From Anaeramoeba ignava BMAN (taxonomy: Eukaryota; Protista; Anaeramoebae): a stretch of DNA of 64,000 nt. Every line of letters begins with the position of its first letter. Positions within the stretch are counted from its first letter, which is position 1. The notes below the pieces were generated by a model. It did not search any database and was not told where the DNA came from. It worked only from the letters and a program-made list of their open reading frames with translations. The translations under genes were made by a program, and so were the position numbers. The stretch spans positions 1 through 64,000 of the forward strand of contig JAPDFW010000118.1 in the NCBI GenBank assembly GCA_028826165.1. Reading direction: 5' to 3'. Positions 51,919-64,000 of the stretch are shown in pieces.

Positions 51919-52662
51919 ATGAATTCTAAAAAATTTCCAAAAAAAAATCGACGTAAATCAACTTCTACACAAGAAATTGAAGGATTTGAATTTAAAAAAA
52001 TTCGAAATAAAAAACATTCTTTAAAAAATAAAGAAATTAATAAAGAAAATCAAAAAGAAATTAATAAAGAAAATCAAAAAGAAATTAATAAAGAAATTCA
52101 AAAAGAAATTAATAAAGAAAATAATAAAGAAAATAATAAAGAAATTAATAAAGAAAATAATAAAGAAAATAATAAAGAAAATAATAAAGAAATTAATAAA
52201 GAAAATAATAAAGAAATTAATAAAGAAATTAATAAAGAAATTAATAAAGAAAATCAAAAAGAAATTAATAAAGAAATCCCAAAAGTTATTCAACAAATCT
52301 CTAAAAATATTCAATCAAAATTTCATAAAAATAAATTCTCAAATAAAATCAATTCATTTTTAAAAACATTTCAATCTCAAATTGAATTATTAATCCAATC
52401 AAAACTTAAACCAACTCAAATATCTTCAAATGAAACAATTTTAAATGAAAAAATTCAACAAATTTTAATTCAAATTGAAACTTTAGAAATGTTCCAAAAA
52501 ATGATTGAAAATTCTAAAAAAGAACTTTTTGAAAATAATGAAAATTTAATTGAAAAATTTAAACTTAAAATTTTTAATTCTTTCCCAAATTTTGATCAAC
52601 CTCAAGCAATTTTATCAAATTTACTTGAAATTTCATCAAATCAAACAAAACAAACAAATTAA
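51919..52662 (+). CDS. Coiled-coil protein, possibly kinetochore DSN1/Mis13-like
   Basis: 247-aa ORF with RRKS and EGFEFKK motifs, (KEIN/KENN)n repeats, a coiled coil and C-terminal PQAILSNL. The family call is weak. Confidence 0.5.
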   Translation: MNSKKFPKKNRRKSTSTQEIEGFEFKKIRNKKHSLKNKEINKENQKEINKENQKEINKEIQKEINKENNKENNKEINKENNKENNKENNKEINKENNKEINKEINKEINKENQKEINKEIPKVIQQISKNIQSKFHKNKFSNKINSFLKTFQSQIELLIQSKLKPTQISSNETILNEKIQQILIQIETLEMFQKMIENSKKELFENNENLIEKFKLKIFNSFPNFDQPQAILSNLLEISSNQTKQTN

Positions 52663-52800
52663 ATAAAAAAAGATAAAAATGTTTCTTTTTATTATTTTTT
52701 TATTTTTTAATTATTTTCAATTTTTTTCTTTAAAAAACTGAAATTATATCAATCAATTGATTCTGAAAAAATTGAATAAAAGGATTTTCAAAACAATTTT

Positions 52801-55800
52801 TCATTTAACTTGATTAACTTGAAACAATTTAGAATTTTCAGAAAAACTTTTTGGAAAATCAAAGTTAATATCAGTATTTAAAGTATTTTTTTGATATTTT
52901 TCTTTTTCAACAAATCTTTTCACTCTTTTTGACGTGGATTCTTTTTTAATTTGATTTTTATTCTCTGGTTCACTTGTTAATTTTCGAATAATAAATTTAT
53001 GTTTTGGATGATTTTCTTGATTTTGTTGATTTGAAAAAAATTGTAATTTATTTAAACTTTTTTCTGATTTGCTTCTTATTGGTTGTTCTGAACTTTCTTG
53101 ATTTACAGCATTTGATTTGTCATAAAATTTTACATCTTCCCATTGCACTGATTGAAGAAATTCAGCAAGTTCTTTATTTCTTTGTTTTCTGATTGCACTT
53201 TTTAAAATATTTACATTTTTTTCATTTTCTTCTTTTTTTGAATTCATTTCATTTTTTAAATTTTGATTTGAATTTTTTAATTTGGAATTTTTGAAATTTT
53301 TTTCACTTTTTGAAAGAATTAATTTTTTTGAATTTTCTAAATTCTTTGAATCGTTGGAATCATTTGAATTTTTTGATGTTTTTGAATCTTTTAAATCATG
53401 TGAAAAATTAAGATTTTTTGAAACATTTGAATTTTTTGGATAATTTGAATTTTTTGAAACTTTAACAATTTTTGATTCACTTTGTTTTTGTAATGGACTT
53501 GTATTTTTTTGAGGAGAAACTTGGTCTGTTTGAATTGATTTAATGATAAAATTATGTTTAGAACGATTTGGATGATTGATTGGTTGAATTTGATTTGAAT
53601 CTTTTAAATCATTTGAATTTTTTGAATCATTTAAATTTTGATTTGAATCTTTTAAATTTCCATTTGAATTTTGATTTGAATTTTGATTTGAATTTCTTTT
53701 TTTTAAATTTTGATTTGGATTTAAATTTTTAAATTTGAATTTTGATTTGAATTTCGATTTAAATTTCCATTTGAATTTCTTTTTTTTAAATTTCCATTTG
53801 AATTTTTTAAATTTTCATTTGAATTTTGATTTAAATCTTTTAAATTTCCATTTGAATTTTTTGAACTATTTGAACTTTCATCACTTTCTGTTTCAGAATT
53901 TTCAGAAAAAAATGTTTCGTTGATATCATTATTTGAATTTCCATTTCCTTTATTTTTTTCTAAAGAATTATCACAATTAATTTGAGTTTTTGATAATATT
54001 TGTTTTAATGATGATTTTTGATCTAATTTATTTGGATCATCTTCAAAATTCCATGATAAATTTTGCAAAAATTGCAAATTAAACAGGTTTTTAATTTTTT
54101 CCATTTGTTTTTCTTCTAATTTTTCTGATCGAACTGTAAGTGGTTCGAGAAAATCAAGTAAATTTGATTTAATATATTTAGGTTTTTTTGCTTGTTTGAT
54201 AAATTTATGTGAAAGAAGTTTTTTTGCTGTTGGTCTTTTTTCTGGATCTTTTTGCAAGCAAAGTTGAACAAAGTTTCTCATTGGTTCTGAAAATTTCCAT
54301 GAAAGAGTTGGTGTTGGTTTTTTGATAATAGCCTCTATAATCTTTATAAAAGAATTTTAATTTTAATTTTAATTTTAATTTTAATTTTAATTTTAATTTT
54401 AATTTTAATTTTAATTTTAATTTTAATTTTTAATTTTAATTTTAATTTTAATTTTAATTTTAATTTTAATTTTAATTTTTAATTTTAATTTTAATTTTAA
54501 TTTTAATTTTAATTTTAATTTTAATTTTAATTTTAATTTTAATTTTTAATTTTAATTTTAATTTTAATTTTAATTTTAATTTTAATTTTAATTTAATTTT
54601 AATTTTAATTTTAATTTTAATTTTAATTTTAATTTTAATTTTAATTTTAATTTTAATATTAATTTTAAATTTAATTTTATAAATGAATTTTAATTTTAAT
54701 TTTAATTTTAATTTTAATTTTAATTTTAATTTTAATTTTAATTTTAATTTTAATTTTAATTTTAATTTTAATTTTAATTTTAATTTTGATTTTAATTTTA
54801 ATTTTAATTTTAAATTAAATTTTAAATTTTAATTTTATTCAAAAAATTACTTGAGGAAAAGTTAAAGTAAAAAAAGGAGGAGAACCAGTAGCAAGTTCAA
54901 AAGTAGTAATACCCAAAGACCAAATATCAGCTTTTTGGTTATAACCTTTATTATGAGACAAACCAGAAATAACTTCTGGACTCATCCAACAAGGAGTTCC
55001 AACACAAGTAAAATGGGAAGAACAAATTTTTCCATTTTCATATAAATTTGCACTTACTCCAAAATCTGCTATTTTTACAATTCCATCGTGATTCACTAAT
55101 AAATTTCCTGCTTTGATATCTCGATGGATTTCTCCGTTTTCGTGTAAATATGTTAATCCCTTTAATACTTGCTTGATAATTGTTGCTATTAATACTTCAT
55201 CTCCAAATCCATTTTGATAATCAAGTCTTAAAACATCCCCACAACTTCCTACAAAATAATCCATTTTTATTTTGAATATTAATTTTAATTTAATTTTGAA
55301 TTTGATATTGAATTTGAATTTGATATTGAAATTGAAATTGATATTGAATTTGATATTGAAATTGAAATTGAAATTGAAATTGAAATTGAAATTGAAATTG
55401 AAATTGAAATTGAATTTGATATTGAATTTAAATTTGAAATTGAAATTGAAATTGATTTTATAATTTGAAATTGAAATTGAATTTGAATTTGAATTTGAAT
55501 TTGAATTTGATATTGAAATTGAAATTGAAATTGAATTTGAAATTGAAATTGATATTGAAATTGATATTGAAATTGAAATTGAAATTGAATTTGAAATTGA
55601 AATTGAAATTGAAATTGATATTGAAATTGATATTGAAATTGAAATTGAAATTGAATTTGAAATTGAAATTGAAATTGAAATTGATATTGAATTTGAAATT
55701 GAAATTGAAATTGAAATTGAATTTGAAATTGAAATTGAAATTGAAATTGAAATTAAAATTGAATTTGAATTTGATATTGAAATTGATATTGAATTTTAAT

Positions 55801-56775
55801 ATTGATTTGATATTGAATTTGAAATTGAAATTAAAATTGAATTTGAAATTGAATTTGAAATTGAATTTGAATTTGAAATTGAATTTGAATTTGAAATTGA
55901 ATTTGAAATTGAAATTGAATTTGAATTTGAAATTAAAATTGAAATTGAAATTGATATTGAATTTGAATTTGAAATTGAATTTGAAATTGAAATTGAAATT
56001 GAAATTGAAATTGAAATTGAAATTGAAATTGAAATTGAAATTGAAATTGAAATTGAAATTTGAATTTGAATTTGAAATTGAAATTGAAATTGAATTTGAA
56101 TTTGAAATTGAAATTGAAATTGAAATTGAATTTGATTTGAAATTGAAATTGAAATTGAAATTGAATTTGAAATTGAAATTAAAATTGAAATTTAATTTGA
56201 TTTTAATTTTAAGCCACCTTCAGAAACAAAATCCATAACAAGCCAAATAGAAGTTTCATAAACAAAAGAAACATGAAATTGAACAATATTTGGATGAACA
56301 CAAAGTTTCCAATTTTGGATTTCTTGACTTAATTCTTCCATTTCAACACCAATTTCCTCTAAATCAACAATTTTAATAGCAATAATTTCATTTAAAGGAA
56401 TACATTTTGCTTTCCAAACCTTTTTAAAAAGGAATTTATTAATTTTATTATTAATTTTTTAGTTAATTTTTTTAATTAGAAAATTCTCAAATTAATTAAT
56501 TAATTTTTTTTAATTTAAAAAATTCAAAAGAAATAAAATCAAAATTAAATTAAATTAAATCAAAATTAAATTAAAATAAAAATCAAATTTAAATAATATT
56601 TTGAAGAAATCAAAAAAGAAAAAAATTTTTTTAATTATTTTCTTTAATTTATTTTTTTATTTATTGGGGTTTTTAATTATTTTTTTTTATTTACTGTAGA
56701 TGTTGCTCCTGAACCTATTTTAGTTAGTAATTCATAATCCTTTCTATTTGTTGGATAACGTTGATTTGATTCCAT
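52801..56775 (-). CDS. STE20-family kinase, OSR1/SPAK (GCK-VI)-like; apparent frameshift near 53720
   Basis: YPTNRKDYELLTKIGSGATST|VWKAKCIPLNEIIAIKIVDLE...HPNIVQFHVSFV...G|SCGDVL...DEVLIATIIKQVLKGLTYLH...HRDIKAGN...DFGVSA...VGTPCWMSPEV...CLQKDPEKRPTA, followed by a low-complexity tail. Confidence 0.85.
54355..56210. repeat. Intronic (AATTTT)n at 54355-54835 and (GAAATT/GAATTT)n at 55275-56210
   Basis: Visible; source of spurious LK-repeat ORFs. Confidence 0.9.
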
Positions 56776-57169
56776 TATTTTTATTTAATTATTTAATTAT
56801 TTAATTTTATTTATTTAAATTAAAAAAAAATGAATAAAAAAAATGAATAAAAAGAAGAAAAAAAATGAATAAAAAAAAGATCAAAATAAAAAAATTAAAA
56901 TAAAAAAAAAAAGATGAAATTTTGTTTTTAAATTGTTTTAATTTTCCTTTTTAATTGTAAAAAAAATGGTGAATAAGATCAAAAAAACAAAAAAACAAAA
57001 AAACAACTTTCATCAAAATTTTTTTTTATTTAAAATTTTTTTTTTTATTTAAAAATTTAGTCTGAGTGGAAAAAAAAATTTAATAAGAAAAATGATGATT
57101 GAATTTTTAAAGGGTAATTTTTTTTTTATCAAAAAGATTTGATCTAATTTTCTTTCTAATTTTGTTTTA

Positions 57170-57755
57170 AATTGTTTTTAAATTGTTTTAAATTGTTTTA
57201 AATTGTTTTAAATTGTTTTAAATTGTTTTTAATTGTTTTAATTTGTTTTAAATTGTTTTAAATTGTTTTTAAATTGTTTTAAATTGATCTAATTTTCTTT
57301 CTAATTTTGTTTTAATTTGTTTTAAATTGTTTTAAATTGTTTTAAATTTCAGTTTTTAAATTTCAGTTTTAAATTGCTTTTAAATTGTTTTAAATTGTTT
57401 TAAATTGTTTTTAATTTCAGTTTTGAATTTCAGTTTTAAATTGTTTTAAATTGTTTTAAATTGTTTTAAATTGTTTTAAATTGTTTTAAATTGTTTTAAA
57501 TTTCAGTTTTTAAATTGTTTTAAATTTCAGTTTTAAATTGTTTTAAATTGTTTTAAATTGCTTTAAATTGTTTTTGAATTGTTTTAAATTTCAGTTTAAA
57601 TTTGTTTTAAATTGTTTTTAAATTTCAGTTTAAATTTCAGTTTTAAATTGTTTTAAATTTCAATTTTGAATTGTTTTTAAATTTCAGTTTTAATTTCAGT
57701 TTTAAATTTCAGTTTAAATTGTTTTTAATTTCAGTTTTAATTTGTTTTTAATTTG
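57170..57755. repeat. 10-12-bp intergenic array (AAATTGTTTT / AATTTCAGTTTT)
   Basis: Visible periodicity. Confidence 0.85.
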
Positions 57756-57758
57756 TTT

Positions 57759-60700
57759 TTAATTTTGCTTTTTTGCTAAATTATATTTTTGAATAAAATT
57801 AATTAATTGATTTTCATTTTCAAATTTAGCTGAAATTTTTTTTTCTTTTGTTTCGATAAATAAAATAGAACGATCAAATTTATGAAAAGCAAAAGAAAAC
57901 TCATTTAATTCAAGAACAATTTCTGCCATTAAATTGATGTTTATTATAAGTTTAGAATTTCGAAAAGCTAAAGTTCCATCACCAATATTTCTAAAATTAT
58001 CACTTAAAAATTTAATTTGAAATTCATTAGTATCTTTTTTAATTTCATTTGGAATTTGATTTGAAATGATAATTTTCATTTTTCTCATAAATAATTTTCT
58101 TTCTTCTTCATTTCTTAATGAAATTATAATAAAATCCTCTTCAAAAGCTATTCGAATTATGTTTGGATTTTCTTTTTGTGTTTCTAATTTAAGATGATTT
58201 GAAATTGGAATTTTTTTTGTTTCTGATTTTCTTATAATTTTCAGTTCATTTTCTTCAAATTTCATTTCACATTCTTCACTTTCTTCATTTTCTATTAATT
58301 GTCCTTGAAAATTAGATGGAATTTGTGGAACTTCAATTTTTGGATAAAATGATTCACTTATTTTTTCTGTTTGTTTTTCTGTTTCTTCTTTTCCTTGTTT
58401 CAATAAAGGCATAATTGTTCGAATAAAAAGTAATCTTTGTTGTTTGGATTCAAACCATATAACAAGTTGGTAAGATTTATTAAAACTAAATCGAACAACA
58501 AGATGACTTTTTGGATGGAAAGAAATCTAATTCAATAAAAATAATTTTATAAATTTAATTTTATAATTTAATTTTATAAATGAATTTTAATTTTGTTGTT
58601 TACATTCATATCGTTATTATAATTAAAAAATTTGTTCACTTCTGGATAAACAATCCTAACACCTTGATTATTAAAAATCAAAGTAGTTCCAAAACTATCT
58701 TGTTTTGTTGTACCTGAAGTTGAGCTAATTACATAAAAAATAGATTCATTTTTTGGTTTATGATCTTCTGAAATAGCTTTTCTTTTTCAAAAATCCAAAA
58801 AAATTTTGGAATTGTTTAAACTTTTTCTCGCTAGTAAATTGAATATAATATTTAATGCAATTAATTGTAAGTAAACATCCAAGAGGAGATAAAGAATATA
58901 ACTAATAAAAATATAAAGAAATATGAATAAGCAAACTAGAATTAAAAAAACCATCATAAGTTCGTTTTTTTTTTACATTTGTTTGCATATCAAATCTATG
59001 AACTCTAACTTCATCAGGTGTAAATATTGTAAGTCCATTTATAAATAAAACAAGTGTTCCATTTTCTTCAAAAATCAATTTAGTTTTTTTATCAATAAGT
59101 GAAATTTTAAATATAAACGGATTTCCATATGGAATTTCAAATATATCTTCTTGTAAAATGTTCACCATTTTTTTCTCAATTTTTTCAATTTCTTCAATTT
59201 TTTGAACAATTGTTATTTCCTTCTCAAGAGTTGGTTCTTGATATTGAAGTTCTCTTGAATGAATAATCCGTGATTTTATAAATAATTCAACACAATTTTT
59301 GAAAAGTAATGAAACAGCAGGATTTGAATGCATAGTTAATTTAATTTCGTGAAGATCGAGAAATACATTTTCTCTTTCTTTTAGAGTAATCTTTTTGAAT
59401 TTTAATTTATATTTTTGATTTTAATTTTGATTTTAATTTTGATTTTAATTTTAATTTTAATTTTATAAATGAATTTTAATTTTAATTTTAATTTTGATTT
59501 TAATTTTAATTTTAATTTATATTTTTGATTTTAATTTTAATTTTAATTTTAATTTTAATTTTAATTTTAATTTTAATTTTAATTTTAATTTTAATTTTAA
59601 TTTTAATTTTAATTTTAATTTTAATTTTAATTTTAATTTTAATTTTAATTTTAATTTTAATTTTAATTTATCTACATTTCTTATTGAATGTAATGAAAAT
59701 TGATTTGAATAATTTTGATAAGCAATTAAAATATTTCTTCTATCAATAGAAATTGTTCCAAGTATTGGATTTGAATTTTCGGAAAAAGAAACTAAAACAG
59801 AGAAATTAATGTAACCTTGTTGAAAACAATATAACGCAATAGCATTGATTTCTGAAAACAATATAACGCAATAAATCATTGATTTAAATGAATTATCTAA
59901 TTTTTATATCAATTTTATATCAATTTTTTTATTTTAAATTTAAATCAATTTTAAATCAATTTTATATCAATTTTATATCAATTTTATATTAATTTTATAT
60001 TAATTTTATATTAATTTTATATCAATTTTATATCAATTTTATATTAATTTTATATCAATTTTATATTAATTTTATATCAATTTTAAATTAATTTTAAATC
60101 AATTTTAAATCAATTTTATATCAATTTTATATCAATTTTATATCAATTTTAAATCAATTTTAAATTAATTTTATATCAATTTTATATCAATTTTAAATCA
60201 ATTTTAAATCAATTTTAAATCAATTAAAAAATTATATATCAATTTTATATCAATTTTAAATCAATTTTATATCAAATCAAATAAAATTAGATTTGGTTGT
60301 ACAATTTAAAATTTCTCCAGAAAAATCAAAATTATCTGAAATTGTTGTAATTTGTTGATAATGTTCCATCATTTGAAAAATTTTAAAAATTAAAATTCTT
60401 TCATTTTTTGTTTTTGAATTAAATAAAAGTGATTCTTTTTCTGAAAGATCAATTCTTGAAAGAAGAGGATCATCTTGAGACAAAAATAACTATAAAAAAA
60501 TTAAAAGAACAATTATTTAAAACTAAAATGAAATTGAATATTAAAAGAAAACAATTACAGGAATTTTTCTTTTTTTATCAAAAAATAATTTAATTGGTTG
60601 AATTTCTTTTTCATTAAAAATTAATTCTATTTGAACATCATTAATCTTAATTTTCCCAGGAATTTGGGTTTTATTAGTTGCAATAAATTTAACCTAAATT

Positions 60701-60885
60701 TTAGTTAATTTTTTTATTATTAATTTTTTAATAAATTTTTTTTTTTCGATTAAAAATTTTTTTTTTTAAATAAAAAAATTTTTTTTTGGTTTTTTTTCTA
60801 TAATAAATTAAACTACTTCAAATTCAGCTTGTTTATTTGCAAATTGTTTTGAAATGAAATCAATTTGTTCAGAAGAAAGAGACAT
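57759..60885 (-). CDS. Multi-exon protein of unknown function with repeated PH-like beta modules
   Basis: Starts MSLSSEQIDF. Exons include ORFs 60277, 59517(part), 58902 and 57759, joined by GT-AG introns. Recurrent G-T-L/I-x-F/I strands are followed by F-x-x-x-x-E/Q-R helices. Probable frameshift near 58790. Confidence 0.6.
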
Positions 60886-61154
60886 TTTTTAATTTGAAAA
60901 AATGAAAAATGAAAAAAAGAATAATAAAAAAAAAAAAAAAAAAAAGAGAACAAAAGAATAAAAAAATAATAATTAAAAAGAATTGAGGATTTTAATTGAT
61001 TTTTTTTTTTAAAAGAAAAAAAAAAAAGGAATTTGTAATCGGAAAAAAAAAATTGTAAAAAAATTTGAAAGAAAATGAAAGAAAGAAAAAATTGGTGAAA
61101 AAAAGAAAAGAAAATGAAAGGAAGAAAAAAAGAAGTTTAAAGAAGTTAAAGATT

Positions 61155-63965
61155 TTAGAGAGCAAAATTTCTTTCCAAAACAGGGAAAGTAACATCAGTT
61201 GTGATTCCACACATATTATCTTTTCTAGCAATTAAGAAATATCCATAATAACCCCAATGTGTACTCCATGAATTTTTAACTAACCAATATGGTTCTTCAG
61301 TTCCTGGATAATTTCCATATCCAACAAGAAGAACTGCATGATCTAAATTTGTTGTTGAACAAGTTGGTTCATGATAAACACCTCCTGAATAGAACATCAT
61401 ACTTTCGTGATCAGCATCATAAGAAACTAAAAAAATTATTTCATTTCAAATTATTTTCAAATTATTTTCAATTTTATTTTAAAATTATTTCAAATTATTT
61501 TCAATTTTATTTTAAAATTATTTCAAATTATTTTCAAATTATTTCAAATTATTTCAAATTATTTCAAATTATTTTAAAATCAAATTATTTTCAAATTATT
61601 TTCAAATTATTTTCAAATTATTTTCAAATTTATTTTCAAATTATTTTCAAATTTATTTTTAAATTATTTCAAATTATTTTCAAATTTATTTTATATTTAT
61701 TTCTTGTTGTTTCTTTACTTGCTAATGGTCCGATTGTGTTTAATGCTTCGATAACTGCTTCTTCTGAATTTGGAATTGTATAATATGTTAAAAGTGAAGC
61801 AGCTCTTTTTTCTGGAGTATAACCACAATAACTTTAATAAAAAAAATAGAATTTTAATATTAATATTAATTTTAATATTAATTTTAATTTTAATTTGAAT
61901 TTTAATTTGTAATTTAATTTTAATTTGAATTTTGATTTTGAATTTAATTTTAATTTTAATTTTTATTTTAATTTTAATTTTAATTTAATTTTAATTTTAA
62001 TTTTAATTTTAATTTTGATTTTGATTTTAATTTTAATTTTAATTTTAATTTTAAATTTTAATTATGATTTTAAATTTTAATTTTAATTTTAATTTTAATT
62101 TTAATTTTGATTTTAATTTTAAATTTTAATTTTAATTTTGATTTTAATATTGATTTTAATTTTAATTTTAATTTTAATATTAATTTTAATTTTAATTTTA
62201 ATATTAATTTTGAATTTAATTTTAATTTTAATTTTAATTTTAATTTTAATTTTGATTTTAATTTTAATTTTAATTTTAATATTAATTTTAATTTAATTTT
62301 AATTTTAATTTTAATTTTAATTTTAATTTTAATTATAATTTTAATTTTATAAATGAATTTTAATTTTGAATTCAAAATTAATAAGGAATAAGTACCCAGT
62401 AACACTAAGATAAGGATAATCATCTTCGAATTCTATACCACCCATTCCCATCAAAGCTTCATAAGCAAATTCCTGAGAACTACCATCACAACCATAAGAA
62501 GGATGAGTTGCATTCCAAGAACAATCAATAACATTTTGCTCACTAAATTGTTTAAAATTTCCTGTTGCCAAATAATATTGTCCTTCAATCACTCCAACTG
62601 TACTAAATGCCCAGCAAGAACCACAGAATGCTTGATCTTTTACTGGAGATACTGCTCCAAGTTCGGTCCAATTTAAATTCGTTGGAAGTGAACTTGTGGG
62701 TATTCGTGGTTCGTATTCTTCAATTTTATGATTCACTTTTCTTTGTAACATCCCTTTAGGCATTAACATTACAGATCGGAATTCTTCAATTGTCATATCT
62801 GCAAAATGATTGACTCCCACTTTTAATTTTAATTTTAATTTTATTTTTTAAATTTTAATTTTAATTTTAATTTTAATTTTAATTTTAATTTTAATTTTAA
62901 ATTTTTAATTTAATTTTAATTTTAATTTTAATTTCAATTTTAATTTTAAATTTTTAATTTAATTTGAATTTTAATTTTGATTTTAATTTTAATTTTAATT
63001 TTAATTTTAATTTTAATTTTAATTTTAATTTTAATTTTAATTTTAATTTTAATTTTAATTTTTAATTTTAATTTTAATTTTAATTTTAATTTTAATTTTA
63101 ATTTTAATTTTAATTTTAATTTTTAATTTTAATTTTAATTTTTAATTTTAATTTTAATTTTAATTTTAATTTTAATTTTAATTTTAATTTTAATTTTTAA
63201 TTTTAATTTTAATTTTTAATTTTTAATTTTAATTTTAATTTTTAATTTTAATTTTAATTTTAATTTATAATTTTAATTTTAATTTTAATTTTAATTTTAA
63301 TATTAATATTTAATTTATATTTTTAATTTTAATTTTAATTTTAATTTTAATTTTAATTTTAATTTTAATTTTAATTTTAATTTTAATTTTTAATTTTAAT
63401 TTTAATTTTAATTTTAATTATAAATGAATTTTAATTTTAATTTTAATTTTAATTTTAATTTTAATATTTAATTTTAATTTTAATTTTAATTTTAATTTTA
63501 ATTTTAATTTTAATTTTAATTTTAATTTTAATTTTAATTTTAATTTTAATTTTAATTTTAATTTTAATTTTAATATTAATATTTAATTTACATGTCATAT
63601 CTGTATGTTCTTGATTAAATTCATTAATGTAGCGATAATTATTATAGAAAATTTCTTGTCTTTCTTGTTGTTCCTTTTCATTTGGATAATTTTTGGAATA
63701 CTTTGATTTAAATAAATCAAATAAAGTTTCTGAATTTGAAGATTTTAATGGAGTTAATTTTTTGAAATGAAGAGAATTTCTTCCAAATTTATGTTCTTTA
63801 AGAGAAAAAACAATTTAAAGAATTTTTTTTAATTTAATTCTTATTTGAAAAATTATTATTTTGTTAATTAATTTACCAGGATGAGATGAAGCATTATTAC
63901 AAATTGCAGGAAGAACAAAAGCATTTGGATTAACTTGATTTGGAATATAAGAATAATAATCCATT
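61155..63965 (-). CDS. Papain-family (C1A) cysteine protease with I29 prodomain, CfaD/26-29-kDa-proteinase-like; 5'-partial
   Basis: GVNHFADMT, PVKDQAFCGSCWAFS, LDHAVLLVGYG, YWLVKNSW. An upstream exon DYYSYIPNQVNPNAFVLPAIC indicates an additional N-terminal domain. Confidence 0.9.
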
Positions 63966-64000
63966 CTATGAAAAATAATTTAATTTTAATATTAATTTTA

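Noticed and set aside
15530-58800. Programmed frameshifting at apparent frameshifts (15539, 26480, 38890, 47680, 53720, 58790)
   Set aside because: All fall in homopolymers or microsatellites with no shared signal; sequencing error or slippage is more parsimonious.
5225-62423. Dozens of short ORFs rich in IL/NF/KL/FVKL/DF repeats
   Set aside because: They are translations of microsatellites, or antisense/alternative frames of real genes.

Overview
Extremely AT-rich, gene-dense eukaryotic (protist) nuclear DNA with spliceosomal GT-AG introns and the standard genetic code. The microsatellite-filled introns, NE/NQ dipeptide runs and expanded RCC1-BTB family suggest an Anaeramoeba-like metamonad (inference). 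About 19 protein genes can be reconstructed: a HUWE1/TOM1-type HECT ligase (5'-partial), G-alpha, a MyTH4 protein, a MYND-less ZMYND10-like protein, a small bZIP-like gene, a PSTAIRE CDK5/PHO85-like kinase, SNU13, four RCC1-BTB paralogues flanking a large Ig-repeat/STRA6-like membrane protein, erlin, a TTBK-like kinase, BTB-TLDc, a possible DSN1/Mis13, an OSR1/SPAK-like kinase, an unknown protein and a CfaD-like cysteine protease (5'-partial). Non-coding highlights: a 1.36-kb inverted-repeat element with nested internal repeats inside an erlin intron, a ~38-copy fixed-motif/variable-spacer array, a ~160-bp satellite, a recurrent TCATTTT initiator-like motif, and a strong AAT-TAA gene-end bias. 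Most short ORFs in the supplied track are repeat artefacts. All calls come from manual reading, with no database searches; multi-exon coordinates are gene spans.
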